A stretch of 23,188 nt of DNA, taken from the NCBI GenBank assembly GCA_031409655.1, contig JANNXQ010000134.1:1-23188 (forward strand), in the 5' to 3' direction. The stretch is from Chthoniobacteraceae bacterium. GTDB lineage: Bacteria > Verrucomicrobiota > Verrucomicrobiia > Chthoniobacterales > Chthoniobacteraceae. Position 1 is the first letter of the stretch. Every line of letters starts with the position of its first letter. The position numbers and the translations under genes were made by a program. Below the pieces are notes generated by a model. The model ran no database searches and had not been told where the DNA came from. It saw only the letters and a program-made list of their open reading frames with translations. Below, in pieces: positions 5,594 to 13,530 of the stretch.

Positions 5594-7837
5594 GTGCCCA
5601 AGAGTTTCCCCTACCACGCCCAGCTCGACGCCATGGATTGCGGGCCGGCGTCGCTGCGCATGGTCTGCGCGCATTTCGGGCGCGATCTGCCGCAGGGGCG
5701 ACTCCGCGATCTCTGCCAGATCGGGCGCGGCGGGGTGAACTTCCTCGGCATCGCCGAAGCCGCGGAGAAGCTCGGGCTGCGCTCGCTGCCGGTGCGGCTC
5801 GCTTTTCGCCGGCTGTGGGATGAGGCGCCGCTGCCCTGCATCGCCCACTGGCATGGCGATCACTTCGTCGTGGTGTACGAGATCACGCCGCGGAAGGTCC
5901 GCGTGGCCGATCCCGCCCACGGGCTCATCGACTACACCCACGAGGAATTCATCCGCGCCAGCGCCCCGCCGGACACGCCCGTCTCGGAGACCGCGCCCGG
6001 ACTGTACTTATTGGTGGAGCCCACGCCCGCCTTCCACGAGCAGCCCGCCTCGGGCCGCGCCGATGGCGAGCCGCCCAAGAAGGGGCTCGGCTTTTTCTTC
6101 AGCTACCTGCGCCCGCATCGCCGGCTGCTTTTCCAGGTCATGCTCGGCATGTGTGTCGGGCTCGGCATCGAGCTGATCCTCCCCTTCCTCTCGCAAGCCG
6201 CGGTCGATTCCGGCATCGGGAATCTCGACCTCAATTTCATCTACGTGCTGCTCGGCGCGCAGCTCGTCCTTTCTCTCAGCCAGACCGGCGCGGACATGAT
6301 CCGCTCGTGGCTCCTCCTCCACGTCGGCTCGCGGGTGAGCATCGCGATGATCGCCGACTTCCTCGGCAAGCTCCTCCGCCTGCCACTTCCCTTCTTCGAC
6401 AGCCGCACCGCGGGCGACATCATGCAGCGCATCGGCGACCACCGGCGCGTGAAGAGCTTCCTGATGTCCTCCTCGCTGGACATCCTTTTTTCGCTCCTCA
6501 CCTTCGTCGTCTTCGGCGCGGTGCTGGCGCTTTATAGCTGGAAAATTCTCGCCGTCTTCGTCGTCCTCACGGCGCTCTCGGTCGGGTGGCTCTCCCTGTT
6601 TTTGAAGCGGCGGCGGATGCTCGACTACAAGCGTTTCACGCTCGAGGCCAAGGAGCGCGACACCCTGTTCGAGATCATCCACGCCATGCCCGAGATCAAG
6701 ATCCAGGGCATCCAGCGCGACAAACGCTGGGACTGGGAGGAGCTCGCCGTGCGCACCGCGCGCTTCGAAGCGCAGAGCCTCGCGCTCCGCCAGATGCAGC
6801 GCGTCGGCGTCTTCTTCCTCTCGAATCTGCGCAATATCCTCATCTCCTTCCTCGCCGCACGCGCCGTCATCCAGGGCGAGATGACCCTCGGCATGATGCT
6901 CGCCACGCAATACATCGTCGGCCAGCTCAACTCGCCCATCGGCCGCCTCATCGACTTCCTCTACAGCGCCCAGGACGCGCGGCTGAGCCTCGAGCGCATG
7001 GAGGAAATCTACGGCCATCGCGACGAAGACGAACTCGCCGCCGCCGCCGCGCTGACCACGACGGCGATCCCCTCGCTCCAGCCGCTCGTCCTGCGCGGCG
7101 TCACCTTCCGCTATCCCGGCGCCGGGCAGGAGGACGTGCTCCGCGGCATCGACCTCGAGATCCCCTTTGGGAAAGTGACCGCCATCGTCGGTGCGAGCGG
7201 CAGCGGCAAGACCACCCTGCTCAAGCTCCTGCTCGGCCTCTACCCGCCCGGCGGGGGCGAGATCTGCGTCGGCCACATCCCGCTCCCGGCGCTCGATGGC
7301 CATGCCTGGCGAATGCGCTGCGGCGTGGTCATGCAGGACGGCCACATCTTCTCCGGCAGCATCGCGCGCAATATCGCGCCCGGCAGCCAGCCCATCGAAC
7401 CCATCCGCCTCAGCTCCGCCGTGCGCCTCGCGAATCTCAGCGACTACATCCGCGACCTGCCGAATGGCATCAACACCCTGGTCGGCAGCGAAGGCCAGGG
7501 CCTTTCCGGCGGACAAAAGCAACGCCTCCTCCTGGCGCGCGCCATCTATCGCGATCCCGAGTACCTGCTCCTCGACGAAGCCACCAGCGCCCTCGACGCG
7601 AACAACGAACGCGCCGTGCTCGACAACCTGCGCTACTTCGCCACCGGCCGCACCGTCGTCGTCATCGCCCACCGCCTGAGCACCGTGCGTGACGCCGATC
7701 AGATTGTCGTCCTCGACAAAGGCCGCGTCGCCGAAGTCGGCACCCACAGCGACCTCGTCGCGCGGGCCGGCATCTACTTCCAGCTCGTCCGCAACCAGCT
7801 CGACCTCGAAGCCACCGCGGCCCTGCCGGAAAAGTAG
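5594..7837 (+). CDS. Peptidase-containing ABC transporter (C39 peptidase + transmembrane + ATPase domains; SunT/LagD-type), 747 aa
   Basis: GTG 5594 gives MPKSFPYHAQLDAMDCGPASL (catalytic Cys), HW..DHFVVVY (His) and VADPAHG (Asp). Hydrophobic TM helices follow, then Walker A GASGSGKTT, signature LSGGQKQR, Walker B LLLDEATSALD and IAHRLST. Confidence 0.95.
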   Translation: MPKSFPYHAQLDAMDCGPASLRMVCAHFGRDLPQGRLRDLCQIGRGGVNFLGIAEAAEKLGLRSLPVRLAFRRLWDEAPLPCIAHWHGDHFVVVYEITPRKVRVADPAHGLIDYTHEEFIRASAPPDTPVSETAPGLYLLVEPTPAFHEQPASGRADGEPPKKGLGFFFSYLRPHRRLLFQVMLGMCVGLGIELILPFLSQAAVDSGIGNLDLNFIYVLLGAQLVLSLSQTGADMIRSWLLLHVGSRVSIAMIADFLGKLLRLPLPFFDSRTAGDIMQRIGDHRRVKSFLMSSSLDILFSLLTFVVFGAVLALYSWKILAVFVVLTALSVGWLSLFLKRRRMLDYKRFTLEAKERDTLFEIIHAMPEIKIQGIQRDKRWDWEELAVRTARFEAQSLALRQMQRVGVFFLSNLRNILISFLAARAVIQGEMTLGMMLATQYIVGQLNSPIGRLIDFLYSAQDARLSLERMEEIYGHRDEDELAAAAALTTTAIPSLQPLVLRGVTFRYPGAGQEDVLRGIDLEIPFGKVTAIVGASGSGKTTLLKLLLGLYPPGGGEICVGHIPLPALDGHAWRMRCGVVMQDGHIFSGSIARNIAPGSQPIEPIRLSSAVRLANLSDYIRDLPNGINTLVGSEGQGLSGGQKQRLLLARAIYRDPEYLLLDEATSALDANNERAVLDNLRYFATGRTVVVIAHRLSTVRDADQIVVLDKGRVAEVGTHSDLVARAGIYFQLVRNQLDLEATAALPEK

Positions 7838-7854
7838 TCCGGGGCTTCAGCCCG
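7834..7854 (+). repeat. REP-like GTAG palindrome overlapping the transporter stop codon
   Basis: GTAGTCCGGGGCTTCAGCCCG has a GTAG tetranucleotide followed by a GGGC-TTCA-GCCC hairpin. Only one copy was seen in the window. Confidence 0.35.
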
Positions 7855-8238
7855 CAGAGCCCCCGCCCTGCAAGGAATCGCCGTGGAGAACTTCGGCCCG
7901 CAAGAACGTCGCCGAGCGCGCGCCCGCCGCCGCTCTGGACTCCGTGCCGAGGATCGGGATGGAGGAGGCCACGGCGGCCGCGCGGGGGGCGGCGGAAGCC
8001 GCGCCGGAGGATGTGCGCTTGAAGCGGATGTGGCTGGCCGCTGGCGCACGCCTTGGCGATCCGGCGCGCTGGCGATTGGGAAGAGTCCTCCGCTTCCGGT
8101 GCCACGGTCGAGTGCAGTTGAGTGACCGTCTTGCGCATCTTTGGTTCCATCACGATTCCGCGCGGGCAGCCCATCAGTTGAGCTATTGTTCCCAAGAAAT
8201 GAGTCCGTGAGCGATCGTCCCTCGAACCTTCCGCCACC

Positions 8239-9510
8239 ATGAACCGTCGCACCTTCATTCTCCGCTCTCTGGGCGCCTCGCTTGTTCTACCGAGATTTCC
8301 TTCGCTCCTGGCCGCGGCGGCAGACGCGAATCCCGCGTTGCAGGCCGTGAAAGGAGCGGGCATGGGAGCTCGGCGCTTTGTCGCGATTGGGAATCTGCTC
8401 GGCTTCCAGACCAAGCAGCTCTTCCCGACGACTGCGGGGCGAGATTTTGAGAAGACCACGCTGCTCGATCCGCTGTGGGAGAATCGCCGCCAGATGACGC
8501 TCTATCGCGGGCTGGATCACGGCGTGAAGGGCGGGCACTTCGCGGTGCATTCGTTCCTTTCCGGCGTGCTCAATTCCGAGGCGCAAAACCGGCCCGATGG
8601 CAATGTGACCATCGACCAGCACCTCGCCGATGAAGTCGGCCATCAGACGCGGTTTCCGTCGCTCACGGTGGGTTCGGAGGGCGGCATCCATGGGGGCTGC
8701 CAGCTCGCGTGGACAAAGTCGGGGGTACGCGTGCCGCCAATCACGAATCCGGCGGAGTTGTTTGAGAAACTCTTTGTCGGCGACTCGAAGGATCGGCAGG
8801 TGCGGCGCCAGCAGGAAAACCAGGTGCAGGCCTCGATCCTCGACTCGATCCGCGAGGAGGCGAAGCACCTCTCCCGCCAAGTGAACCAGGAGGACAAGGA
8901 CAAGCTCAACGAATATCTCACCTCCGTGCGCGACGTGGAAAAGCGCCTGGAGCTGCGGCAGCGCTGGACCAGTCAGCCGAAGCCGCGGGCGCCGTTTGAA
9001 AAGCCGTCGAACCGCAACGCGGTCGAAGATCTGCCGCTGCTTTATGAGTTGATCGCGCTCGCTTTGCAGACCGATTCGACGCGCATCGCCACGCTGGAAA
9101 TCGGCGGCGATTTTGCGCCTCAACACCTCGGCATCACCAAGGACTATCACGGCCTCTCGCATCACGGGAACGACCCCGAGGCCATCGCGAGCCTCATCGC
9201 GCTGGAGAAGTATCAGATCGAGCACTTCGGGAAATTCCTCACCCGCCTGTCGAAAATGAACGACGGCGACCGCACGCTGCTCGACTCCACCACGGTGCTT
9301 TTCGGCAGCGGCATGGGCGATGCGAATTCTCACAAGAACTCCGACCTCCCGATCATCCTTGCGGGCGGCGGCTACGAGCACGGCGAATTCCGTCAGGTAC
9401 CGCGCGAAGGCCTGAACAAGGTGCCGCTCTGCAATCTCTTCGTGGATATCGCGCAGAAGATGGGCGTGGAGATCGACGCCTTCGGCAGCAGCACGGGCCG
9501 CTTCGCCTGA
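8239..9510 (+). CDS. DUF1552 domain protein (Tat-like N-terminus), 423 aa
   Basis: MNRRTFILR leader; TIDQHLA...TRFPSL; NPAELFEKLF; SILD; KLNEYLTSVRDVEKRL; ALQTDSTRIAT; HGLSHHG; TLLDSTTVLFGSGMGDANSH; LPIILAGG. Confidence 0.9.
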   Translation: MNRRTFILRSLGASLVLPRFPSLLAAAADANPALQAVKGAGMGARRFVAIGNLLGFQTKQLFPTTAGRDFEKTTLLDPLWENRRQMTLYRGLDHGVKGGHFAVHSFLSGVLNSEAQNRPDGNVTIDQHLADEVGHQTRFPSLTVGSEGGIHGGCQLAWTKSGVRVPPITNPAELFEKLFVGDSKDRQVRRQQENQVQASILDSIREEAKHLSRQVNQEDKDKLNEYLTSVRDVEKRLELRQRWTSQPKPRAPFEKPSNRNAVEDLPLLYELIALALQTDSTRIATLEIGGDFAPQHLGITKDYHGLSHHGNDPEAIASLIALEKYQIEHFGKFLTRLSKMNDGDRTLLDSTTVLFGSGMGDANSHKNSDLPIILAGGGYEHGEFRQVPREGLNKVPLCNLFVDIAQKMGVEIDAFGSSTGRFA

Positions 9511-12005
9511 TGCGGCGCCTTCGTCAGGCCTGCCTGATCGCGGCGCTGGCTGCGTTGCCATGGTCCGCCGGTGCGCGGGCCGAGGAAGCGGTGCCGGCGG
9601 CGAAGGTCGTCGGGAAATTTCTGGAGACCTACTGCCTGGATTGCCACGACTCGACGACGCAAAAGGGCGACCGCGAATTTGAGTCGTTCACGCTGCCGCT
9701 GAAGTCGATCGCGGAGCTGATTTCGGCGAAGGACATCATCGATCAGGTCACGCTGAAAGAGATGCCGCCGAAGAAAGCCGACCAACCGACGGACGAGGAG
9801 CGCATCGCCATCGTGCGCGCGCTGCGCGAAGGCACTGCGGCCGCGCGCAGCAAGCTCGAAAGCTCCGGTTCGCGCACGGTGATGCGCCGCCTTTCCAGCC
9901 GCGAGTATGAGAATACGCTGGCCACGCTTTTCGGTCGTCGCATGGACACGCTCGGGCTGACCGCGGATTTTCCGAAGGAGAAAACGAGCCAACACATCGA
10001 CACCATCGGCCAGTCGCTGGTGACCTCCGGCTTCCTCGTCGATCAGTATTTCCAGGCGGCCAATCGGCTCGTGGAAACGCGGCTCGGCAAACCTGCGATG
10101 GAGCCGAAGGACTGGCGCTTCAACGGGCACTTCGTGCAATACGAGGAGCTGCAGGGCTCGCACAAAAGCGCCTTCGACTACCGCTACCTCAATCTCTACG
10201 AGCAGCCCAACAGCGACACGCGCCAGGGCGGCTACGGCCACATCGAGGACTTCCTGAAAGGCGTGCCCGTCTCCGGCCTCTACGATCTCGAAGTCGAGGC
10301 GACGGCACTGCATCGCGACACGCACTACGATCCCGCCATCTTCGGCATCGATCTTTCCGAGCCCTTCATCCTCGGCGTCGTGCCCGGCGATGTCACCAAG
10401 GGTCACATCCATTATCCGCAAACCATCGAGCCGTTGCTCGCCAGCACCGTGGTGCCGGACAATACGCCGACGTGGCTCAAGTTCCGCGTCTGGCTGGAGG
10501 CCGGACAGACGCCGCGCTTTATCTTCCCGAACGGGCCGTATGAATCGCGCGCTGCCGTCGTCACGATCAACAAACGCTACAAGGACGAGTTCAAAGGAGC
10601 CACCGGCCGCTCCGGCGTCGGTCGTGCGCACATTTTGAAGGAAGGCAAGCTGCCGCACATCCGCATCAGCGAGATCAAGATCCACGGCCCGGTCGCGGAG
10701 AAAGGCGGGAGCGCCGAGGAAATCGCGGTCTTCGGCAAGGACGGATTCCAGGCGGAGCGCGCCATGGATCAGCTTTTCGCCTTCGCGGAGAAGGCCTACC
10801 GCCGCCCGCTGAACGACACGGATCGCCAGCCCATCCGCGCGCTTCACGACAAGCGGCTGAGCGAAAATGCCACGCCGCGACAGGCCGCGCTCGATGCGCT
10901 GAAGCTGATCCTTTGCTCGCCCTCATTTCTCTACCTCAGCGAGATCACCGACGAATCCGCGAAGGCGCTGAAGCCTTACGACCTCGCGTCACGCCTGTCG
11001 TTTGCACTGTGGGCCGCGCCGCCGGATGGGCCGCTGCTCGCGGCCGCAAAATCCGGCCAGCTCACCGGGGACGCCGAGCTGAAAAAGCAGATCCAGCGCC
11101 TGCTTGGCGACGAGCGCAGCACCGCGTTTGTGAATGGGTTCATCGATAGCTGGCTCGCTCTCCGCGACCTCGGCGGCATGCCGCCCCCGCGCGAGACCAG
11201 CCTCGCCTACTACGCCGAAGACCTGCCCGCCGCGATGAAGACCGAGGTGCGCCTCTTCTTCCGCGACCTGCTCAAAAGCAACGGCTCCGCGGCGCAGTTC
11301 CTCGATGCCGACTACACCTTCGTCGATAAGAAGCTCGCCAAACTTTACGACCTGCCCGAGGCGAAAGATCTGCGCCTCGCCGATGGCTTCAAAAAGGTGA
11401 ACCTCAATGGCAACGAGCGCCGCGGCGGCCTGCTCGGCATGGCGGGCGTGCTCACCGTGAGCGCGAATGGCGTCGAGACCACACCCGTCACGCGCGGCGT
11501 GTGGGTCAGCGAAAACATCCTCGGCATTCGCCCGCCCCCGCCGCCGGATGAAGTGCCCGCCATCGAGCCCGACGTCTCCGGCGCCACGACGATCCGCGAG
11601 CGTCTCGCCAAACACAGCACCGACAAAACGTGCGCCGAGTGCCATCACAAGATCGACCCGCTCGGCTTCAGCCTCGAGAGCTTCGACCCCATCGGCCGCT
11701 GGCGGGCTACCTATCCCAAACCGAAGCAAAAACCCGCGCCGAAGATCGACACCACCGGCGAATTCCCCTCCGGCGAGACCTACGAAGACTTTGCGGGCTT
11801 CAAGAAAATCATCCGCGACACGCGCGCCGATCTTTTCCACCGCCATCTCATCCGCCAGACGCTCAGCTACACCACCGGCCGCGTGATGGAGCCCGCCGAT
11901 GCCTTCGCGATCGAGGACATCCTTGAGGAGGTGAAGAAGAAAAATCTCGGCCTGCGCACGCTGCTCGTCGAATGCCTGACGAGCGAGATCTTCCGGTCGC
12001 GGTAG
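9510..12005 (+). CDS. Planctomycete-type diheme cytochrome c protein with DUF1587/1595/1592/1588/1585 domains, 831 aa
   Basis: Signal peptide; CxxCH at 9633-9647 (CLDCH) and 11631-11645 (CAECH); MPP; RRLSSREYENTL; YDLASRLSFALW..PPD; RGGLLG...TTPVTRGVWV; IDPLGFSLESFDPIGRWR. The start overlaps the DUF1552 stop (TGATG). Confidence 0.9.
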   Translation: MRRLRQACLIAALAALPWSAGARAEEAVPAAKVVGKFLETYCLDCHDSTTQKGDREFESFTLPLKSIAELISAKDIIDQVTLKEMPPKKADQPTDEERIAIVRALREGTAAARSKLESSGSRTVMRRLSSREYENTLATLFGRRMDTLGLTADFPKEKTSQHIDTIGQSLVTSGFLVDQYFQAANRLVETRLGKPAMEPKDWRFNGHFVQYEELQGSHKSAFDYRYLNLYEQPNSDTRQGGYGHIEDFLKGVPVSGLYDLEVEATALHRDTHYDPAIFGIDLSEPFILGVVPGDVTKGHIHYPQTIEPLLASTVVPDNTPTWLKFRVWLEAGQTPRFIFPNGPYESRAAVVTINKRYKDEFKGATGRSGVGRAHILKEGKLPHIRISEIKIHGPVAEKGGSAEEIAVFGKDGFQAERAMDQLFAFAEKAYRRPLNDTDRQPIRALHDKRLSENATPRQAALDALKLILCSPSFLYLSEITDESAKALKPYDLASRLSFALWAAPPDGPLLAAAKSGQLTGDAELKKQIQRLLGDERSTAFVNGFIDSWLALRDLGGMPPPRETSLAYYAEDLPAAMKTEVRLFFRDLLKSNGSAAQFLDADYTFVDKKLAKLYDLPEAKDLRLADGFKKVNLNGNERRGGLLGMAGVLTVSANGVETTPVTRGVWVSENILGIRPPPPPDEVPAIEPDVSGATTIRERLAKHSTDKTCAECHHKIDPLGFSLESFDPIGRWRATYPKPKQKPAPKIDTTGEFPSGETYEDFAGFKKIIRDTRADLFHRHLIRQTLSYTTGRVMEPADAFAIEDILEEVKKKNLGLRTLLVECLTSEIFRSR

Positions 12006-12026
12006 GCTGGGCTCTGGGCGCGCCTC

Positions 12027-13523
12027 ATGGACCGCGACACTTCCCTCCAACGCCTCGCAGCGCAATCTGAGCCGTGGGACATCGCGGTGATCGGCGGCGG
12101 CGCGACGGGCGTGGGTATCGCGGTGGATGCGGCGTCGCGCGCCTACAGCGTCGTCTTGCTCGAGCAGAGTGACTTCGGAAAAGGCACGTCGAGCCGCTCG
12201 ACCAAGCTCGTGCATGGCGGTGTGCGTTATCTTCAGCAAGGCAACATCTCGCTCGTCATGGAGGCGCTGAAGGAGCGCGGGCTGCTCCTCCGCAACGCGC
12301 CGCACCTCGTCCACGATCTCCCCTTCATCGTACCGAACTACGCGTGGTGGGAAACGCCCTTCTACGGCATCGGGATGAAAGTGTACGATCTGCTCGCCGG
12401 GCGTTACGGCTTTGGCCGGTCGCAAGTGCTCTCGCGCGAAGAGACGCTCGCGCACATCCCGACGCTCTCGCAGGACGGGCTGCGCGGCGGCGTGCTCTAT
12501 CACGATGGGCAATTCGACGACGCCCGGCTGCTCATCGATCTCGCGAGCACCGCGGCTGAGCACGGCGCGTGTCTGCTGAATTACGCGCGCGTCGTCGCGC
12601 TGGAAAAAGCGAACGACGGATTTCTGCGCGGGCTCACCTTCCGCGACGAAGAGACGTGCGCGACTCACACCGTTGCCGCGCGCTGCGTCATCAATGCGAC
12701 CGGGCCTTTCTGCGACGGACTGCGCAACGTCGATGACCCGGACGCGAAGCCGATGATCGCGCCGAGCCAGGGTGTCCACATCGTGCTCCCGCGCGCGTTT
12801 CTGCCCGGCGACGCGGCGATCATGGTCCCGCACACGCGCGATGGCCGGGTGATGTTTGCCATCCCGTGGCACGGGCACGTCGTCGTCGGCACCACAGATA
12901 CGCCGATCCCCGATTGCCCGCTCGAGCCCACGCCGCTCCCGCACGAGATCGACTTCATCCTCGAGACCGCCGGCGACTACCTCGCACGGCGCCCGACGCG
13001 CGCCGACATCCTCAGCGTCTTCACCGGCATCCGCCCGCTGGTGAAAGCAGGCGAGCACTCCAAGACCGCCGCGCTCTCGCGCGATCACACCATCCAGATT
13101 TCCGGCTCCGGCCTGCTCACCATCGCGGGTGGAAAATGGACCACGTATCGCCGCATGGCGGAGGACGCCGTGGATCACGCCATCGTGCTCGGCCACCTGG
13201 AAGAAAGGCCGTGCGTGACACGCGAGCTACGGATTGCGGACCCAAGGAGTAGGGGCGCCCCCCCCCCGTGTCTCCATCCACGGGGCGAGGGCGCCCCAGC
13301 TCCTTGGGTCCGCTGGTCCGCGCAGCACGAGATGGCGCGCACCGTGGAGGACGTGCTCGCCCGCCGCACGCGCACGCTTTTCCTCGACCAGCGCGCCGCG
13401 CTCGCAGCGGCGCCCGAGGTCGCACGTGCGCTGGCCGCAGCGCTCGGCCGCGACGAGGCGTGGCAGCAGTCGCAACTCGCGGCCTTCCGCGGGACCGCCG
13501 CGCATTTCGCGCCGCCGACTTGA
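12027..13523 (+). CDS. glpD: FAD-dependent glycerol-3-phosphate dehydrogenase
   Basis: IGGGATG, DFGKGTSSRSTKLVHGGVRYL, DGQFDDARL, VINATGP, GTTD, GIRPL, GGKWTTYRRMAED and HEMARTVEDVLARRTR. Confidence 0.93.
   Translation: MDRDTSLQRLAAQSEPWDIAVIGGGATGVGIAVDAASRAYSVVLLEQSDFGKGTSSRSTKLVHGGVRYLQQGNISLVMEALKERGLLLRNAPHLVHDLPFIVPNYAWWETPFYGIGMKVYDLLAGRYGFGRSQVLSREETLAHIPTLSQDGLRGGVLYHDGQFDDARLLIDLASTAAEHGACLLNYARVVALEKANDGFLRGLTFRDEETCATHTVAARCVINATGPFCDGLRNVDDPDAKPMIAPSQGVHIVLPRAFLPGDAAIMVPHTRDGRVMFAIPWHGHVVVGTTDTPIPDCPLEPTPLPHEIDFILETAGDYLARRPTRADILSVFTGIRPLVKAGEHSKTAALSRDHTIQISGSGLLTIAGGKWTTYRRMAEDAVDHAIVLGHLEERPCVTRELRIADPRSRGAPPPCLHPRGEGAPAPWVRWSAQHEMARTVEDVLARRTRTLFLDQRAALAAAPEVARALAAALGRDEAWQQSQLAAFRGTAAHFAPPT
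13236..13313. repeat. 78-bp near-perfect palindrome inside the glpD coding sequence
   Basis: 35-nt arms (GCGGACCCAAGGAGTAGGGGCGCCCCCCCCCCGTG / CACGGGGCGAGGGCGCCCCAGCTCCTTGGGTCCGC) with 31/35 Watson-Crick pairs and an 8-nt loop. Confidence 0.9.
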
Positions 13524-13530
13524 GCACCGA

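Noticed and set aside
7860..8238. Possible small gene or remnant between the transporter and the DUF1552 gene
   Set aside because: No frame gives a recognisable motif, and the ORFs are Arg/Ala/Pro-rich as expected by chance in GC-rich DNA.
6008..13196. Long antisense ORFs (6008-7747, 8287-9561, 9393-10847, 10989-13196; likewise 366-1256, 17960-19348, 22272-23078)
   Set aside because: These are shadow frames of well-supported genes on the opposite strand, with no family motifs.
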